NCBI GenBank assembly: GCA_964347045.1
Contig: CAYFXC010000001.1
Span: forward strand, 121,243 to 185,242
Length of the DNA stretch: 64,000 nt
Direction: 5' to 3'
Origin: an uncultured archaeon
Lineage (GTDB): Archaea > Asgardarchaeota > Hermodarchaeia > Hermodarchaeales > Hermodarchaeaceae
Shown here: piece by piece, positions 28,726-38,088 of the stretch
Layout of the letters: every line of letters begins with the position of its first letter
Numbering within the stretch: position 1 is the first letter of the stretch
Notes under the pieces: generated by a model
The model's database searches: none
The model's input: the letters and a program-made list of their open reading frames with translations, nothing else
Told to the model about the DNA's origin: nothing
Made by a program: the position numbers and the translations under genes

Positions 28726-29466
28726 TTAATCCCCTGTCCATTGGTAGGTTCCTTTTGAAGTCTTGATGATATAGCCTTGGCTTCTTAGCAGATTCAATGC
28801 TTCTTCTATTCCCGCACTGGGTCCCACTATGTCTTCAAGTCGTTTGATCAGTTCTTTGTGGCTAAGGGAAATTTGTGCATCACGTAGAATAGTTCCAATT
28901 ATGCGTGCTAGTTTTGTAGGGCTGGCTTTTCTAAGTTGTTTATCGATTGATGTATTTTCATCCATTACTAACCTGACTTGCCAAGGTTTAGGTAAAATGA
29001 GATGACCAGTTCGAATGAGGGTTTCAATTTGCTGTGTAGCCCAATCCCAAGGGATTCCAGCTTTAAGGCACTCTTGTTCTAAAACCTGTAAATCAAGAGG
29101 GCTTGTTTGGGCATGTTCATGTAGAATCCGCTCTAATTCTTGGTGTCGGGTCGAAGCTGTTTTTATTCTTTGCTTCGAATCCTGCAGGTGTTCTAAATTT
29201 ATTTTTTTATCTGGAATTAGATTGTGGATTTTATCTCGTGATTTCTCCATTGCTTCTATGAATTCCTTATGATGTTTTCCTGTTTGATAGAGTTTTACTC
29301 GGGTTCTCGCGGTATTTGCATCCTCTACAAACACTGCACTTAATGGGTTAATTTTGAAAATTCGTTGGCAATATACACATAATCGCGTCTTTTGGCGAGT
29401 GGGAGCATATGTGTAACGTCCACATCTTGGGCATCGAATTATGTAAAATCCTTCCCGTGACATCAA
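28726..29466 (-). CDS. Zn-ribbon + tandem winged-helix protein (hypothetical)
   Basis: N-terminal 'CPRCGRYTYAPTRQKTRLCVYCQRIF' C4 ribbon. Two C-terminal winged-helix-like units ('LDLQVLEQECLKAGIPWDWATQQIETLIRTGHLIL' and 'ISLSHKELIKRLEDIVGPSAGIEEALNLLRSQGYIIKTSKGTYQW'). Confidence 0.4.
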   Translation of the reverse strand: MMSREGFYIIRCPRCGRYTYAPTRQKTRLCVYCQRIFKINPLSAVFVEDANTARTRVKLYQTGKHHKEFIEAMEKSRDKIHNLIPDKKINLEHLQDSKQRIKTASTRHQELERILHEHAQTSPLDLQVLEQECLKAGIPWDWATQQIETLIRTGHLILPKPWQVRLVMDENTSIDKQLRKASPTKLARIIGTILRDAQISLSHKELIKRLEDIVGPSAGIEEALNLLRSQGYIIKTSKGTYQWTGD

Positions 29467-29506
29467 GACAACCAGCGCCGTAAGCCTAATTAGCCTTTCG
29501 TGTTAA

Positions 29507-29845
29507 ATGTCCTCAATTGGGAACACTCATATGAGTTTTGGATTAGATCAGTATTTTAAAAAGAAAAAGCCTACCAAGAAAAATGAGACTGAACCTAAAG
29601 AAGAAGAGGTCATAGAAATATTAGAAACTGGTTCGTCAGAAACTCGAAATTGGCCTTTAATTTTAGAAGAGACTGTTAAATCCATGGTACTCTATCCCCA
29701 TCTACTTGATTATACACGAACCAATATATTTCCCAAACGTCCCCAAATAACTGCTGAAGAGCTTGCAATTCAACTTCGAGTTCCTTTGGGGGTTGCAATT
29801 GTTCTTCTTGACAAGCTTCATAGTGAGATTCAGGAAACGAAATAA
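29507..29845 (+). CDS. Small hypothetical protein with C-terminal winged-helix-like segment
   Basis: 'ITAEELAIQLRVPLGVAIVLLDKL'; Lys/Glu-rich N-terminus; 112 aa. Confidence 0.3.
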   Translation: MSSIGNTHMSFGLDQYFKKKKPTKKNETEPKEEEVIEILETGSSETRNWPLILEETVKSMVLYPHLLDYTRTNIFPKRPQITAEELAIQLRVPLGVAIVLLDKLHSEIQETK

Positions 29846-29852
29846 CGCAGTC

Positions 29853-30668
29853 TCATGTTAGTGGTTCAGCCGATTGATAGAGATAGAGAAAATATATTTT
29901 GGCTAATTCTCCTAATTCAGTGTGGCTTGTCCAGATAGCTAGCGATTCAGCTGGTTGTGCTGTTAGCATGATAATTGCTTGCTTTTCATCAATAATAGCG
30001 CCGCCACCGTAGATTTCTTTTCGTTTCCGTCCCTCGCCAACTGCAAAGATTAGTCGTTTAACTTTGTCTGTTAATGTCTGTTCAGATACAAGGATTTGGA
30101 TTTTAACTCCGCGGTCACGAAGGTGTAACAGTGTCGGGCTAATGAACTCGATGTCTTCTTCGTTAATAATCCCCCAAGAAAGAAGAACGCTTCGTTCTGC
30201 TTGTCCAAGTGCAACATTCAACTTTGCTCGGACATTATTTGATCCATGGAGAATGTGGACTTCTGGAGCAGAGATTTTCGTTTTTTCATCAAACAAAGGT
30301 TGTAGATTCTCAATGACCCTTTGTTCCCATTCCGCTAGACGATCTTGAGCTGAGAGAACCGCTGCCTTGGATGTTTCGCGAGGGCTTTTTGGAACATATC
30401 GTTTAGGGCGTCCCTGCTCAATGGTTATCCATCCTCCTTTATCAAGAGCTGCTAATACATCGTAAACACGGCTAAACGGAATCCGAGAATGTGAACTCAC
30501 TTCACTTGCAGTTAGAGCTCCATTTCTAACCAAAGAGATATACACCCGAGCTTCGTAACTACTCAACCCTAAGTTTCGGAGTGCTCGCATTGTTCCTTCA
30601 TCTATGCGCTCACCCATTTCAATCACACTCCGACAGCACATAACCTGCGAAAAAACCTTTTTGGTCAC
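29853..30668 (-). CDS. trmB: TrmB-family transcriptional regulator
   Basis: 'LRNLGLSSYEARVYISLVRNGALTASEVSSHSRIPFSRVYDVLAALDKGGW' TrmB N-terminal wHTH; C-terminal sugar-binding-like domain. Confidence 0.75.
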   Translation of the reverse strand: MTKKVFSQVMCCRSVIEMGERIDEGTMRALRNLGLSSYEARVYISLVRNGALTASEVSSHSRIPFSRVYDVLAALDKGGWITIEQGRPKRYVPKSPRETSKAAVLSAQDRLAEWEQRVIENLQPLFDEKTKISAPEVHILHGSNNVRAKLNVALGQAERSVLLSWGIINEEDIEFISPTLLHLRDRGVKIQILVSEQTLTDKVKRLIFAVGEGRKRKEIYGGGAIIDEKQAIIMLTAQPAESLAIWTSHTELGELAKIYFLYLYQSAEPLT

Positions 30669-30671
30669 CGA

Positions 30672-31619
30672 GTGAAATGTACTATGGGTGACACAATGGG
30701 ATTTATACGGCAGCCTGTTGCGATCGGCTTTTATCCACCGGAGAAAGTGGCTCTTGAAGAATCAATTAAAACCGCTTTTGCTGACCCACATGGAGCGGGA
30801 CAGATTCCTTCTATTAATCCGAAGCGCATAAAGAATTTAATTGCGGGTGTAGCTCCTCATGCGGGCTTCATCTACTCAGGACCCATCGCTTCGCATTTAT
30901 ACAAAGCCAGTGCGGAGGATGGATTTCCTGAGACATTCCTACTAATTGGTGCAAAACATAGGCTGTTGCAGTTCCCAGGTGCGGCTTTAATGGTTGAGGG
31001 GGCTTGGGAAACGCCTCTCGGAAAATGCAATATTGACTCCCCTTTTGCCAAACTTTTATTAAAGCAAAGTCAAGATTCTGGGACAAATTGCATAATCGAA
31101 AGTACTGAAGCCCACATGGGCGAGCATTCAATTGAAGTTCAATTGCCTTTTCTCCAGTTTTTAGGGAAAAATCACGATTTTCGAATTGTTCCCTTAGTAA
31201 TTTCTTCTTCAAAATATTCCGTTTGCGAGAAAGTGGGAAATACAATTGCTGATGCGGTTCAAAAAAGTAAACGAGATGTGTTTATTATTGCTAGTACGGA
31301 CTTCACTCATTATGGTAAATACTTTTACGATTATGCTCCTGTTGGAAGTGGTCCTGTCGAAAAAATAATCAAATGGATTCATGAAACAGATGGTGACCTA
31401 ATAAGCAAAATTGAGCAATTAAACGGTAAAGCTCTCTTGGACACCGTGGTGAAAGAAAATCGAACTATGTGTGGGGCAAGTGCCGTAGCCACAACAATTG
31501 CAGCAGCAACACATCTTGGTGCAACAAATGGGACATGCCTAAAGTACGCAACAAGTTATGATATTCGCGGGAGTTCAGAAGCAATAGTTGGCTATGCTTC
31601 AATTACCTTAAATCGTTAA
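30672..31619 (+). CDS. MEMO1-family protein (AmmeMemoRadiSam system protein B)
   Basis: 'RQPVAIGFYP' and 'APHAGFIYSGPIASHLY'. Confidence 0.8.
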   Translation: MKCTMGDTMGFIRQPVAIGFYPPEKVALEESIKTAFADPHGAGQIPSINPKRIKNLIAGVAPHAGFIYSGPIASHLYKASAEDGFPETFLLIGAKHRLLQFPGAALMVEGAWETPLGKCNIDSPFAKLLLKQSQDSGTNCIIESTEAHMGEHSIEVQLPFLQFLGKNHDFRIVPLVISSSKYSVCEKVGNTIADAVQKSKRDVFIIASTDFTHYGKYFYDYAPVGSGPVEKIIKWIHETDGDLISKIEQLNGKALLDTVVKENRTMCGASAVATTIAAATHLGATNGTCLKYATSYDIRGSSEAIVGYASITLNR

Positions 31620-32218
31620 GTAGTAATTGTCTTCTTTGGCGCATTTTTACCCATTTCTAGAGCTGAAATGTTCATTTCGTGATACCGATTAGGTAGAATA
31701 TCCCTAATTGTAGTAATTACCGTTTCTTCTTTGATAGGAAGTAACTTCAAACCAATAGCCGCACCAATAAGCACTATATTCATTGTCAGAATTCCACCTG
31801 CTTCTTGGGCAAATTTGGCTGCATCAAAGGTTATGACCTTGGCGAACTTCGCTAAATTCTGTAAAATTGTTTCATCGCTAGGATATTCTGCACGACCAAG
31901 AAGTACTGCTGTTGGAGTAATTCGATACTGTCCAACAATAATGGTTCCTGAAGGCATTACTCGATTTACGTTACGAAGGGCTTCAATGGGTTCGATGCTT
32001 AAGAGTAAATCCGCTTTACCCGTAGGAATAATTGGGCCATGAACGTTTTCTCCAATTCTGATGCTGCATTTCACAGCCCCGAGGCGTTGAGACATACCGT
32101 GAATTTCCCCCAATCTGACATTCAGCCCTTCATTAAGTGCTGCGGATGCTAAAATTCGTGCTGCAGTAATAACGCCTGTTCCGCCCACTCCTGTAAACAT
32201 AATATTAAACTCTTTCAT
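31616..32218 (-). CDS. iorB: Indolepyruvate ferredoxin oxidoreductase subunit beta
   Basis: 'IMFTGVGGTGVITAARIL' POR-gamma/IorB fold; 200 aa; overlaps iorA by 14 nt. Confidence 0.8.
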   Translation of the reverse strand: MKEFNIMFTGVGGTGVITAARILASAALNEGLNVRLGEIHGMSQRLGAVKCSIRIGENVHGPIIPTGKADLLLSIEPIEALRNVNRVMPSGTIIVGQYRITPTAVLLGRAEYPSDETILQNLAKFAKVITFDAAKFAQEAGGILTMNIVLIGAAIGLKLLPIKEETVITTIRDILPNRYHEMNISALEMGKNAPKKTITT

Positions 32219-34097
32219 TAGCCTCTACCTCACGGATCGCCTTGTAGGGACAAATCTCGGCACAGACTCCACATCCTGAACAAAGCTCTGCATCAATAGC
32301 AGAGTGTTCACCAGTCCAGATAGCCGCAGCACAACCTAGTTTATCTATGCATACTCGGCAGCCTTGACAAGTTTCAGGATCAACCTCGTAGGGGATAATT
32401 GGTTCATTATCACGACGCTTCCTTGCTCTTTCTAGGAGTTGACAAGGGCTTCGTGAGATAATCACCGCTGGTCCATCAAAGGCAACCGCTTCTCGAATTA
32501 CACGAATCGATTCTTTGACTTTTAAGGGATCAATAACTTTAACAAATTCAATTCCAACGCCTCGTGCCACTTCTTCAATTTTGATTTGTGCGGCTTGAAC
32601 GCCCATTCCGGTTAGTCCTGTTCCTGGGTGAGGCTGGTGTCCTGTCATTGCAGTTGTATGGTTATCCAATACAATGATTTTCACAGGATGCTGGTTATAT
32701 ACTGCATTAACTAGTCCAGGAATCCCCGAATGGAAAAACGTTGAATCACCAATCGCTCCAACAATTGGTTTGTCTAAAACAGCAGTTAGTCCACACGCAG
32801 TTCCGATACTTGACCCCATGCAAAGCAATAGATCAGCCATTTCTAGGGGAGGTTGTATTGCCAATGTATAGCACCCAATATCTGTGGGGTATATCCCCTT
32901 TCGTGCTGTGGCGACTGCGACTTCATAAAAGGTTGCGCGGTGCGAGCAACCTGCGCAAAGTATGGGAGGTCGGGGAGGAACCTCCAAATGAACTTCAGAA
33001 AATTTGTTATCAATTTGCTCGAAACTTGGTGGAATCTCTTTTTCTAATGCTTTTGCAATACCCTCGATTACTTTTCTTGGTGAAAATTCACCTATTTCAG
33101 AGAAGTACTCCTGGCTCTTTCCTAAAATAGGTGTCATAATTCCCTTTTCTTGTGCAAAAGCACGAGCGTGATTCTCAAGATAAGGCTTTAATTCTTCAAT
33201 GACGATGACTTTTTCCTTCGATTTTATGAATTTCTGTATCTTTTTCTTTGGAAGTGGGTAAGTCATTCCAACTTTGAAAACGGCTGCTTTCAATTGTAAT
33301 GCTTCAAGAGCTTCCATCACATAATTGAAACTCACACCCGAAGTGAGAATACCGAGTTTACCTTTTCCAAAGATTTTGTTCCACTCGCTATTCTCTGAAA
33401 TTTCAGTAGCCTGTTTTACCTTTTCAACTAAAATTGGGTGACGTTTTCTAGCTACAGAAGGAACGGGCACAAATCGAAATGGGTCGCGTTCAAAGTTCGG
33501 GTTCTTTCGTGGCTGGCGAATAGGACCTAACTCAACTCCTGATCGTGTATGGCTTACACGTGTTGTAATTCGTAGTAATACTGGTTGTTCTAATTTTTCT
33601 GATAATTCAAAAGCTGCAACTGTCATGTCTTTTGCCTCTTGGGGATCTGCAGGCTCAAGCATTGTTGTATCGCCTAACATAGCGTACAACCGATTATCTT
33701 GTTCATTTTGAGAACTCCAACAACCTGGGTCGTCTGCAGAGACAATTACAAGTCCTGCTCGAACGCCAATGTAATTTAGTGTCATAAAGGCATCCGAAGC
33801 AACATTCAGACCTACATGTTTCATAATCACGAGAGCTCGAGCATTAGCCACTGCTGCTGCACCTGCCACCTCCATTGCGACTTTTTCATTCGTGCAGTAT
33901 TCAAAGTAATAATCACCTTTTTTGACTGCTTGAAATAATCTGTCAGCAATCTCTGATGAAGGGGTACCAGGATATGTTGCAGCAAGTTCTAATCCGGCTT
34001 CAATCGCACCGCGTGCAATTGCCTCGTTCCCAAGAAGCAGAATACGTCTACCAGCCGCACCCTTTGTAAGAATCTCAGCCATGTCCATTGAATTCAC
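32205..34097 (-). CDS. iorA: Indolepyruvate ferredoxin oxidoreductase subunit alpha
   Basis: TPP-binding regions, and two C-terminal 4Fe-4S motifs 'CQGCRVCIDKLGC' and 'CSGCGVCAEICP'; 630 aa. Confidence 0.85.
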   Translation of the reverse strand: MNSMDMAEILTKGAAGRRILLLGNEAIARGAIEAGLELAATYPGTPSSEIADRLFQAVKKGDYYFEYCTNEKVAMEVAGAAAVANARALVIMKHVGLNVASDAFMTLNYIGVRAGLVIVSADDPGCWSSQNEQDNRLYAMLGDTTMLEPADPQEAKDMTVAAFELSEKLEQPVLLRITTRVSHTRSGVELGPIRQPRKNPNFERDPFRFVPVPSVARKRHPILVEKVKQATEISENSEWNKIFGKGKLGILTSGVSFNYVMEALEALQLKAAVFKVGMTYPLPKKKIQKFIKSKEKVIVIEELKPYLENHARAFAQEKGIMTPILGKSQEYFSEIGEFSPRKVIEGIAKALEKEIPPSFEQIDNKFSEVHLEVPPRPPILCAGCSHRATFYEVAVATARKGIYPTDIGCYTLAIQPPLEMADLLLCMGSSIGTACGLTAVLDKPIVGAIGDSTFFHSGIPGLVNAVYNQHPVKIIVLDNHTTAMTGHQPHPGTGLTGMGVQAAQIKIEEVARGVGIEFVKVIDPLKVKESIRVIREAVAFDGPAVIISRSPCQLLERARKRRDNEPIIPYEVDPETCQGCRVCIDKLGCAAAIWTGEHSAIDAELCSGCGVCAEICPYKAIREVEANERV

Positions 34098-34176
34098 CGT
34101 TTTGCCAAATCGTTTAAACGGGGTTGCAATACACTATTTTACAGTTTGTGATTTATAGTAAAGTGGGTGGCGTCCA

Positions 34177-34569
34177 GTGGACCAATGGCGAGTAACTCTT
34201 CAAGCAAAAGAACATGTTCTACATGATGTACTCAATAAAACAGGAGCTTTAATGATCCGTCCAAGATATATCAATGAGTTACGAGCAATATCACAAATTC
34301 ATAGGGTGCCATTTCAGGTAAAGTCGCCCGAAGGAATAAACAAACTTCCTTCGAGCTATTTTGTTGTTGAACTAATAAGCCCTGATAATCAGATGCCACC
34401 AGTTACTGGTCTTTTTGAATATTCGTATGGAGCGATTCGGCTTGTAGCATTAGATAATGAAGGGCTTACAAAGAGAAGTGGTGATGAGATGGTTGCCTTT
34501 TTCGAAGCGCCTCTTCAACAAAAAACTGGAATTACCATTCGGATATATGAAGCTAAAAATAACTTCTAA
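34177..34569 (+). CDS. Hypothetical protein
   Basis: 130 aa, no recognisable motif. Confidence 0.3.
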   Translation: MDQWRVTLQAKEHVLHDVLNKTGALMIRPRYINELRAISQIHRVPFQVKSPEGINKLPSSYFVVELISPDNQMPPVTGLFEYSYGAIRLVALDNEGLTKRSGDEMVAFFEAPLQQKTGITIRIYEAKNNF

Positions 34570-35996
34570 TCTCGCATTGTTTTAGCAAATGGTTGAATAG
34601 CTCTAAGAAGTATCCATAGAGCTTGTTTACCAATCTTTGTAGCCCCCTCTCTAGTCACATCAATAATCTGTAATTTCGGAGAGATTTGATTTTTTGAAAA
34701 ATAGAAACGAAGCGCTTGCTCTGCATTCGAGAACGGTCTTAAGATTTCAACATAATAACGCCCATTTTTTAAAAACGCATCAGGATGTTTTTCAAAAAAT
34801 TCGTTTACACCTTTGACGTGATCCTGAGAGGGTCCCACTCTGATGTAAGATTGGCTAAGCTCTACATTCGCAATATGAAGAGCCACGGCAAAAACATCTT
34901 CTTGAAAAAGTTCCTCAAAAGTCACCGATCCAAATCGAGGCTCACCAGTAGGTTCCTGTTTCATGAACCTTGAAAGCTTTGAAAAATAACGGTATAGTTT
35001 ATCACGGGTTTTTGTATAGTGCCAACCCGTTTGGTCTTGAAACTCGACTACAAAATAATTGGGTTCCAATTGGTTCAATTCAGCTATTGATAACTGGGGG
35101 ACTGGTTTTCTCTCAAAATATCTTTTAGAGGGATTTTGAAGGAATTGACGTGCATTATAGGTTGTGAAAAGATAAGCTCGTTTAGAGATACTCGACGCGA
35201 TATTACGACTAGGATCTGTTGGATCTGAGATAATTAAGAAATCGCGAGAAAATTTTTGCCTTAATAAATCAGAGGCACGATTAAAGAAATCCAGCGGTTC
35301 CGGTTTATCTTGGGACAAAAATTCCAATGTTGACTCAAGCGTTTGCTTGTGGAAGATTAACATTTCAGTACTGAAACCAGTGAAACCACTACGTCCTATT
35401 GGACTCGAATCTCCGTAAACAAACGTTGATTGCAAGAAGGCTTTTAGAAGTCGAACATCATCGCGTTGGGCATCAGTAAGGTTTTCTGTTACAAAGTTAG
35501 AGTGATGTGGCGTTCGGTCGACTGCGGTGATGGGGCCATTTTCAAAGATATATTCTTTGGTTAAATCGAAGCAAAAAACAACATCAACCTTATAATCATC
35601 TATTTTAGCAATAACATATGGATGCTCGGCATACGCTACTTGAAAATTCTCAGATCCTGCGCGTTTTACCGCGCCAACAGCTACATCCTTTACCATTTTT
35701 CTTAGGAACCGCTGAATGAATGGCTTTCTAGCTTTTTCATCCTTCATTGATTCTGGTAATATGGAAACAGGTAACCCAATGAAAACATCTAACTCTTTCC
35801 AATTTCGAAGCTGTGTTTGTTTTCGTCCAGAAGAGCCTTCTAATTCGATAAAGGCGGCATCAATTTTTTTCTCTTCTAATTCTATTTGAATAGCGTTGTA
35901 CACTTTTTTGAAAACAGCTGCTGCTTCTTTCACATCGGACTGGGTTGGACGGATATTTTTTAGACTTTGAGCGCGAATTTTGTTAAGTATAGACAT
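34566..35996 (-). CDS. cca: CCA-adding enzyme (archaeal class I tRNA nucleotidyltransferase)
   Basis: 'AYAEHPYVIAKIDDYKVDVVFCFD', 'AVDRTPHHSNFV', 'VRLLKAFLQSTFVYGDS' match archaeal CCA-adding enzymes. Confidence 0.88.
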   Translation of the reverse strand: MSILNKIRAQSLKNIRPTQSDVKEAAAVFKKVYNAIQIELEEKKIDAAFIELEGSSGRKQTQLRNWKELDVFIGLPVSILPESMKDEKARKPFIQRFLRKMVKDVAVGAVKRAGSENFQVAYAEHPYVIAKIDDYKVDVVFCFDLTKEYIFENGPITAVDRTPHHSNFVTENLTDAQRDDVRLLKAFLQSTFVYGDSSPIGRSGFTGFSTEMLIFHKQTLESTLEFLSQDKPEPLDFFNRASDLLRQKFSRDFLIISDPTDPSRNIASSISKRAYLFTTYNARQFLQNPSKRYFERKPVPQLSIAELNQLEPNYFVVEFQDQTGWHYTKTRDKLYRYFSKLSRFMKQEPTGEPRFGSVTFEELFQEDVFAVALHIANVELSQSYIRVGPSQDHVKGVNEFFEKHPDAFLKNGRYYVEILRPFSNAEQALRFYFSKNQISPKLQIIDVTREGATKIGKQALWILLRAIQPFAKTMRD

Positions 35997-36065
35997 CTAA
36001 TGAATTCATGGCGACTAGGCTTTTAAGTCATGAAGCATATGCCCTAAACGGAGGACCCTATCCAT

Positions 36066-36518
36066 ATGGTAGATGAAGTGGATTTACAGATTCTCCAAGT
36101 TCTTCAATCAAACTCAAGAATATCGTTCTCCGAGCTGGGTCGTAGTGTCGGTCTAAGTGCCACTGCTGCACGGAACAGAATTAATAGTTTAGTCTCACGA
36201 GGAATAATAACAAAGCTTGGAGCTGAATTAGATTGGGGAAAAATTGGATGGCCTATCCAATCCCTTTTGCTCATCCGCACTGAGCACGGCAAAGCTGAAG
36301 CGGTAACAAAACAACTTCATAAAATCCCCCAGATTCTGTCCATTACAAAAACCGCTGGAAATGTTGATTTAGTAGTTCGATTACTTGCAGGCGGTATTTC
36401 TGATTTTACCACGATCTTACACAAATCATTATCCAAAATTCCTGGGATCACCAGCATAAACACCTTAATGGTACTCGATGAAGTGAATAATGCTCCTCCT
36501 CTCCCTTCTGAAATATAA
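36066..36518 (+). CDS. lrp: Lrp/AsnC-family transcriptional regulator
   Basis: N-terminal HTH 'ISFSELGRSVGLSATAARNRINSLVSRGII' plus a RAM domain. Confidence 0.85.
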   Translation: MVDEVDLQILQVLQSNSRISFSELGRSVGLSATAARNRINSLVSRGIITKLGAELDWGKIGWPIQSLLLIRTEHGKAEAVTKQLHKIPQILSITKTAGNVDLVVRLLAGGISDFTTILHKSLSKIPGITSINTLMVLDEVNNAPPLPSEI

Positions 36519-36522
36519 TAAT

Positions 36523-37227
36523 CTAGAACTTGCGTTCTACGATTTTACCCTTGGGCATTGTTTCTGAGAAAATTTGCGCTTGGAATTTCAAAATTTTTAC
36601 ATCTGAATCCAGAAAACAATCAGGTGGTAATCCCGCTTTTTGACAACAACCTTGTAAAAATTCTTCAGCCTTCCAACCTTGTTCTGGAGCCACTTGTGGG
36701 AGAAGAAGTCCACGATGCCACCCTTTCCCTTGAACAATTACTCCATCTCTACCAACATTAATCTGCTCATGAAGATCCAATCTATTCTCAACAATAATCT
36801 CCTCGGGTAAGGTAAGGACACTGACTTCCACAAGGATTGATTCGAGTTCATCAACCTGCACTGGAGGAAATCGAGGATCATCGAGAGCCGAACTTAATGC
36901 CGCTTGACGAGTCGCTTCCAGAAGTGGTATTGGTTTATGGTGACTGTTTGGTCCCGGTTGTAAATGACCAATGCAACCTCGCAACCGCCATTTTGGCTCT
37001 TCAAGGGAATGACTTGCTTTCAACGTTACAAATACACCACGACGTTCTAGCAAAGTTTCAGAAGGGTGTTCAGGAAAGGCTAGTTTTTTCTTATCATGGA
37101 GAAATCTCTCGATTGTTTGTCGAGCAAATTGGGTGAGAGTAATTCCATCTTTAAGTGATAATAGTTTGGACATTCGTTCGTCTCCTAAATGCTCATGATT
37201 TTTTGTCTGGCATAAAATGATTTGCAA
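36523..37227 (-). CDS. AMMECR1-domain protein (AmmeMemoRadiSam system protein A)
   Basis: 'RGVFVTLK...LRGCIGHLQP' AMMECR1 core. Probable true start at the internal Met, about 37173. Confidence 0.8.
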   Translation of the reverse strand: MQIILCQTKNHEHLGDERMSKLLSLKDGITLTQFARQTIERFLHDKKKLAFPEHPSETLLERRGVFVTLKASHSLEEPKWRLRGCIGHLQPGPNSHHKPIPLLEATRQAALSSALDDPRFPPVQVDELESILVEVSVLTLPEEIIVENRLDLHEQINVGRDGVIVQGKGWHRGLLLPQVAPEQGWKAEEFLQGCCQKAGLPPDCFLDSDVKILKFQAQIFSETMPKGKIVERKF

Positions 37228-38002
37228 CTAAATTCACAAGATTCCGCCTTATGAGGATGTTTTCCATAGTTGTCTTTTTCATTACAGGCAAAAGGTGTTG
37301 GTGCTCTCGGAGAAGTAATTCTGCAGCTTTCCCAACTTCCATGTCAGGTGTTGTTGTCAACTCCGTAGTGGTTAATATGTTTGACACAAGGAAATCTCGT
37401 AAACGTGTACTTTGGTATTTCGCTGGGGTTTCTCGACGAAAGGCTGCAAAGCCAAGTGCTAGCCGTTTCTTTGTAACCAATCCAATAATCTTTCCTTCGT
37501 CAAAAACAGGTAGTCCTGGCATTTTTTCAGCTAAGAGCAATTGCCTAGCATGAACTACACGATCAGTGAGACGAACACTAATCGGTTTTTCTAAATGCAG
37601 ATCGCGAACATAGTGGTTGTCTATATCTAAACATTGGCGTACAAAATGTGTATTAGTAATTATCCCTACAATTTCTTCATCTTTCACAACGGGTAAAGCG
37701 CGCTCTTGACGTTGAAGGAGTAATTTTGCAGCCTCAAAAATATCTGTTGATGGTTGAACGGTTTGGGGATTTAATTCCATAACTGAACTAGCGTAAATGC
37801 TAGCTGGCGATAATTTTCCAGCACGAGCTGAACCTAATCGGTCAACAAGATCCAGTTCTGTAATTAATCCCATTAAGCGATTACCATCCGTTACAGGAAT
37901 TGCAGAGATACCCATCTTTGCCATGATATCTAAAACGACAGGTATTGCTTGGTCTTTATCGATGGTCTTTACTGGACTAGCCATGATTTTCTGTACTTGC
38001 AC
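37193..38002 (-). CDS. CBS-domain protein (tandem CBS pairs)
   Basis: Four repeats of the 'VMASPVKTI...IPVTDGNRLMGLITELDL' type. Confidence 0.8.
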   Translation of the reverse strand: MQVQKIMASPVKTIDKDQAIPVVLDIMAKMGISAIPVTDGNRLMGLITELDLVDRLGSARAGKLSPASIYASSVMELNPQTVQPSTDIFEAAKLLLQRQERALPVVKDEEIVGIITNTHFVRQCLDIDNHYVRDLHLEKPISVRLTDRVVHARQLLLAEKMPGLPVFDEGKIIGLVTKKRLALGFAAFRRETPAKYQSTRLRDFLVSNILTTTELTTTPDMEVGKAAELLLREHQHLLPVMKKTTMENILIRRNLVNLVANHFMPDKKS

Positions 38003-38088
38003 CTACCTCACCTCGATATACATTATTTGCTAATTGACTTCAAAATACTTTGGCTCTTACCTCTCCGCTTGTCAAAATAAATTATTAA

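Noticed and set aside
34177-34569. Interpreting the 130-aa ORF after iorA as a roadblock/longin-like protein
   Set aside because: No motif support; the idea rests on size only.
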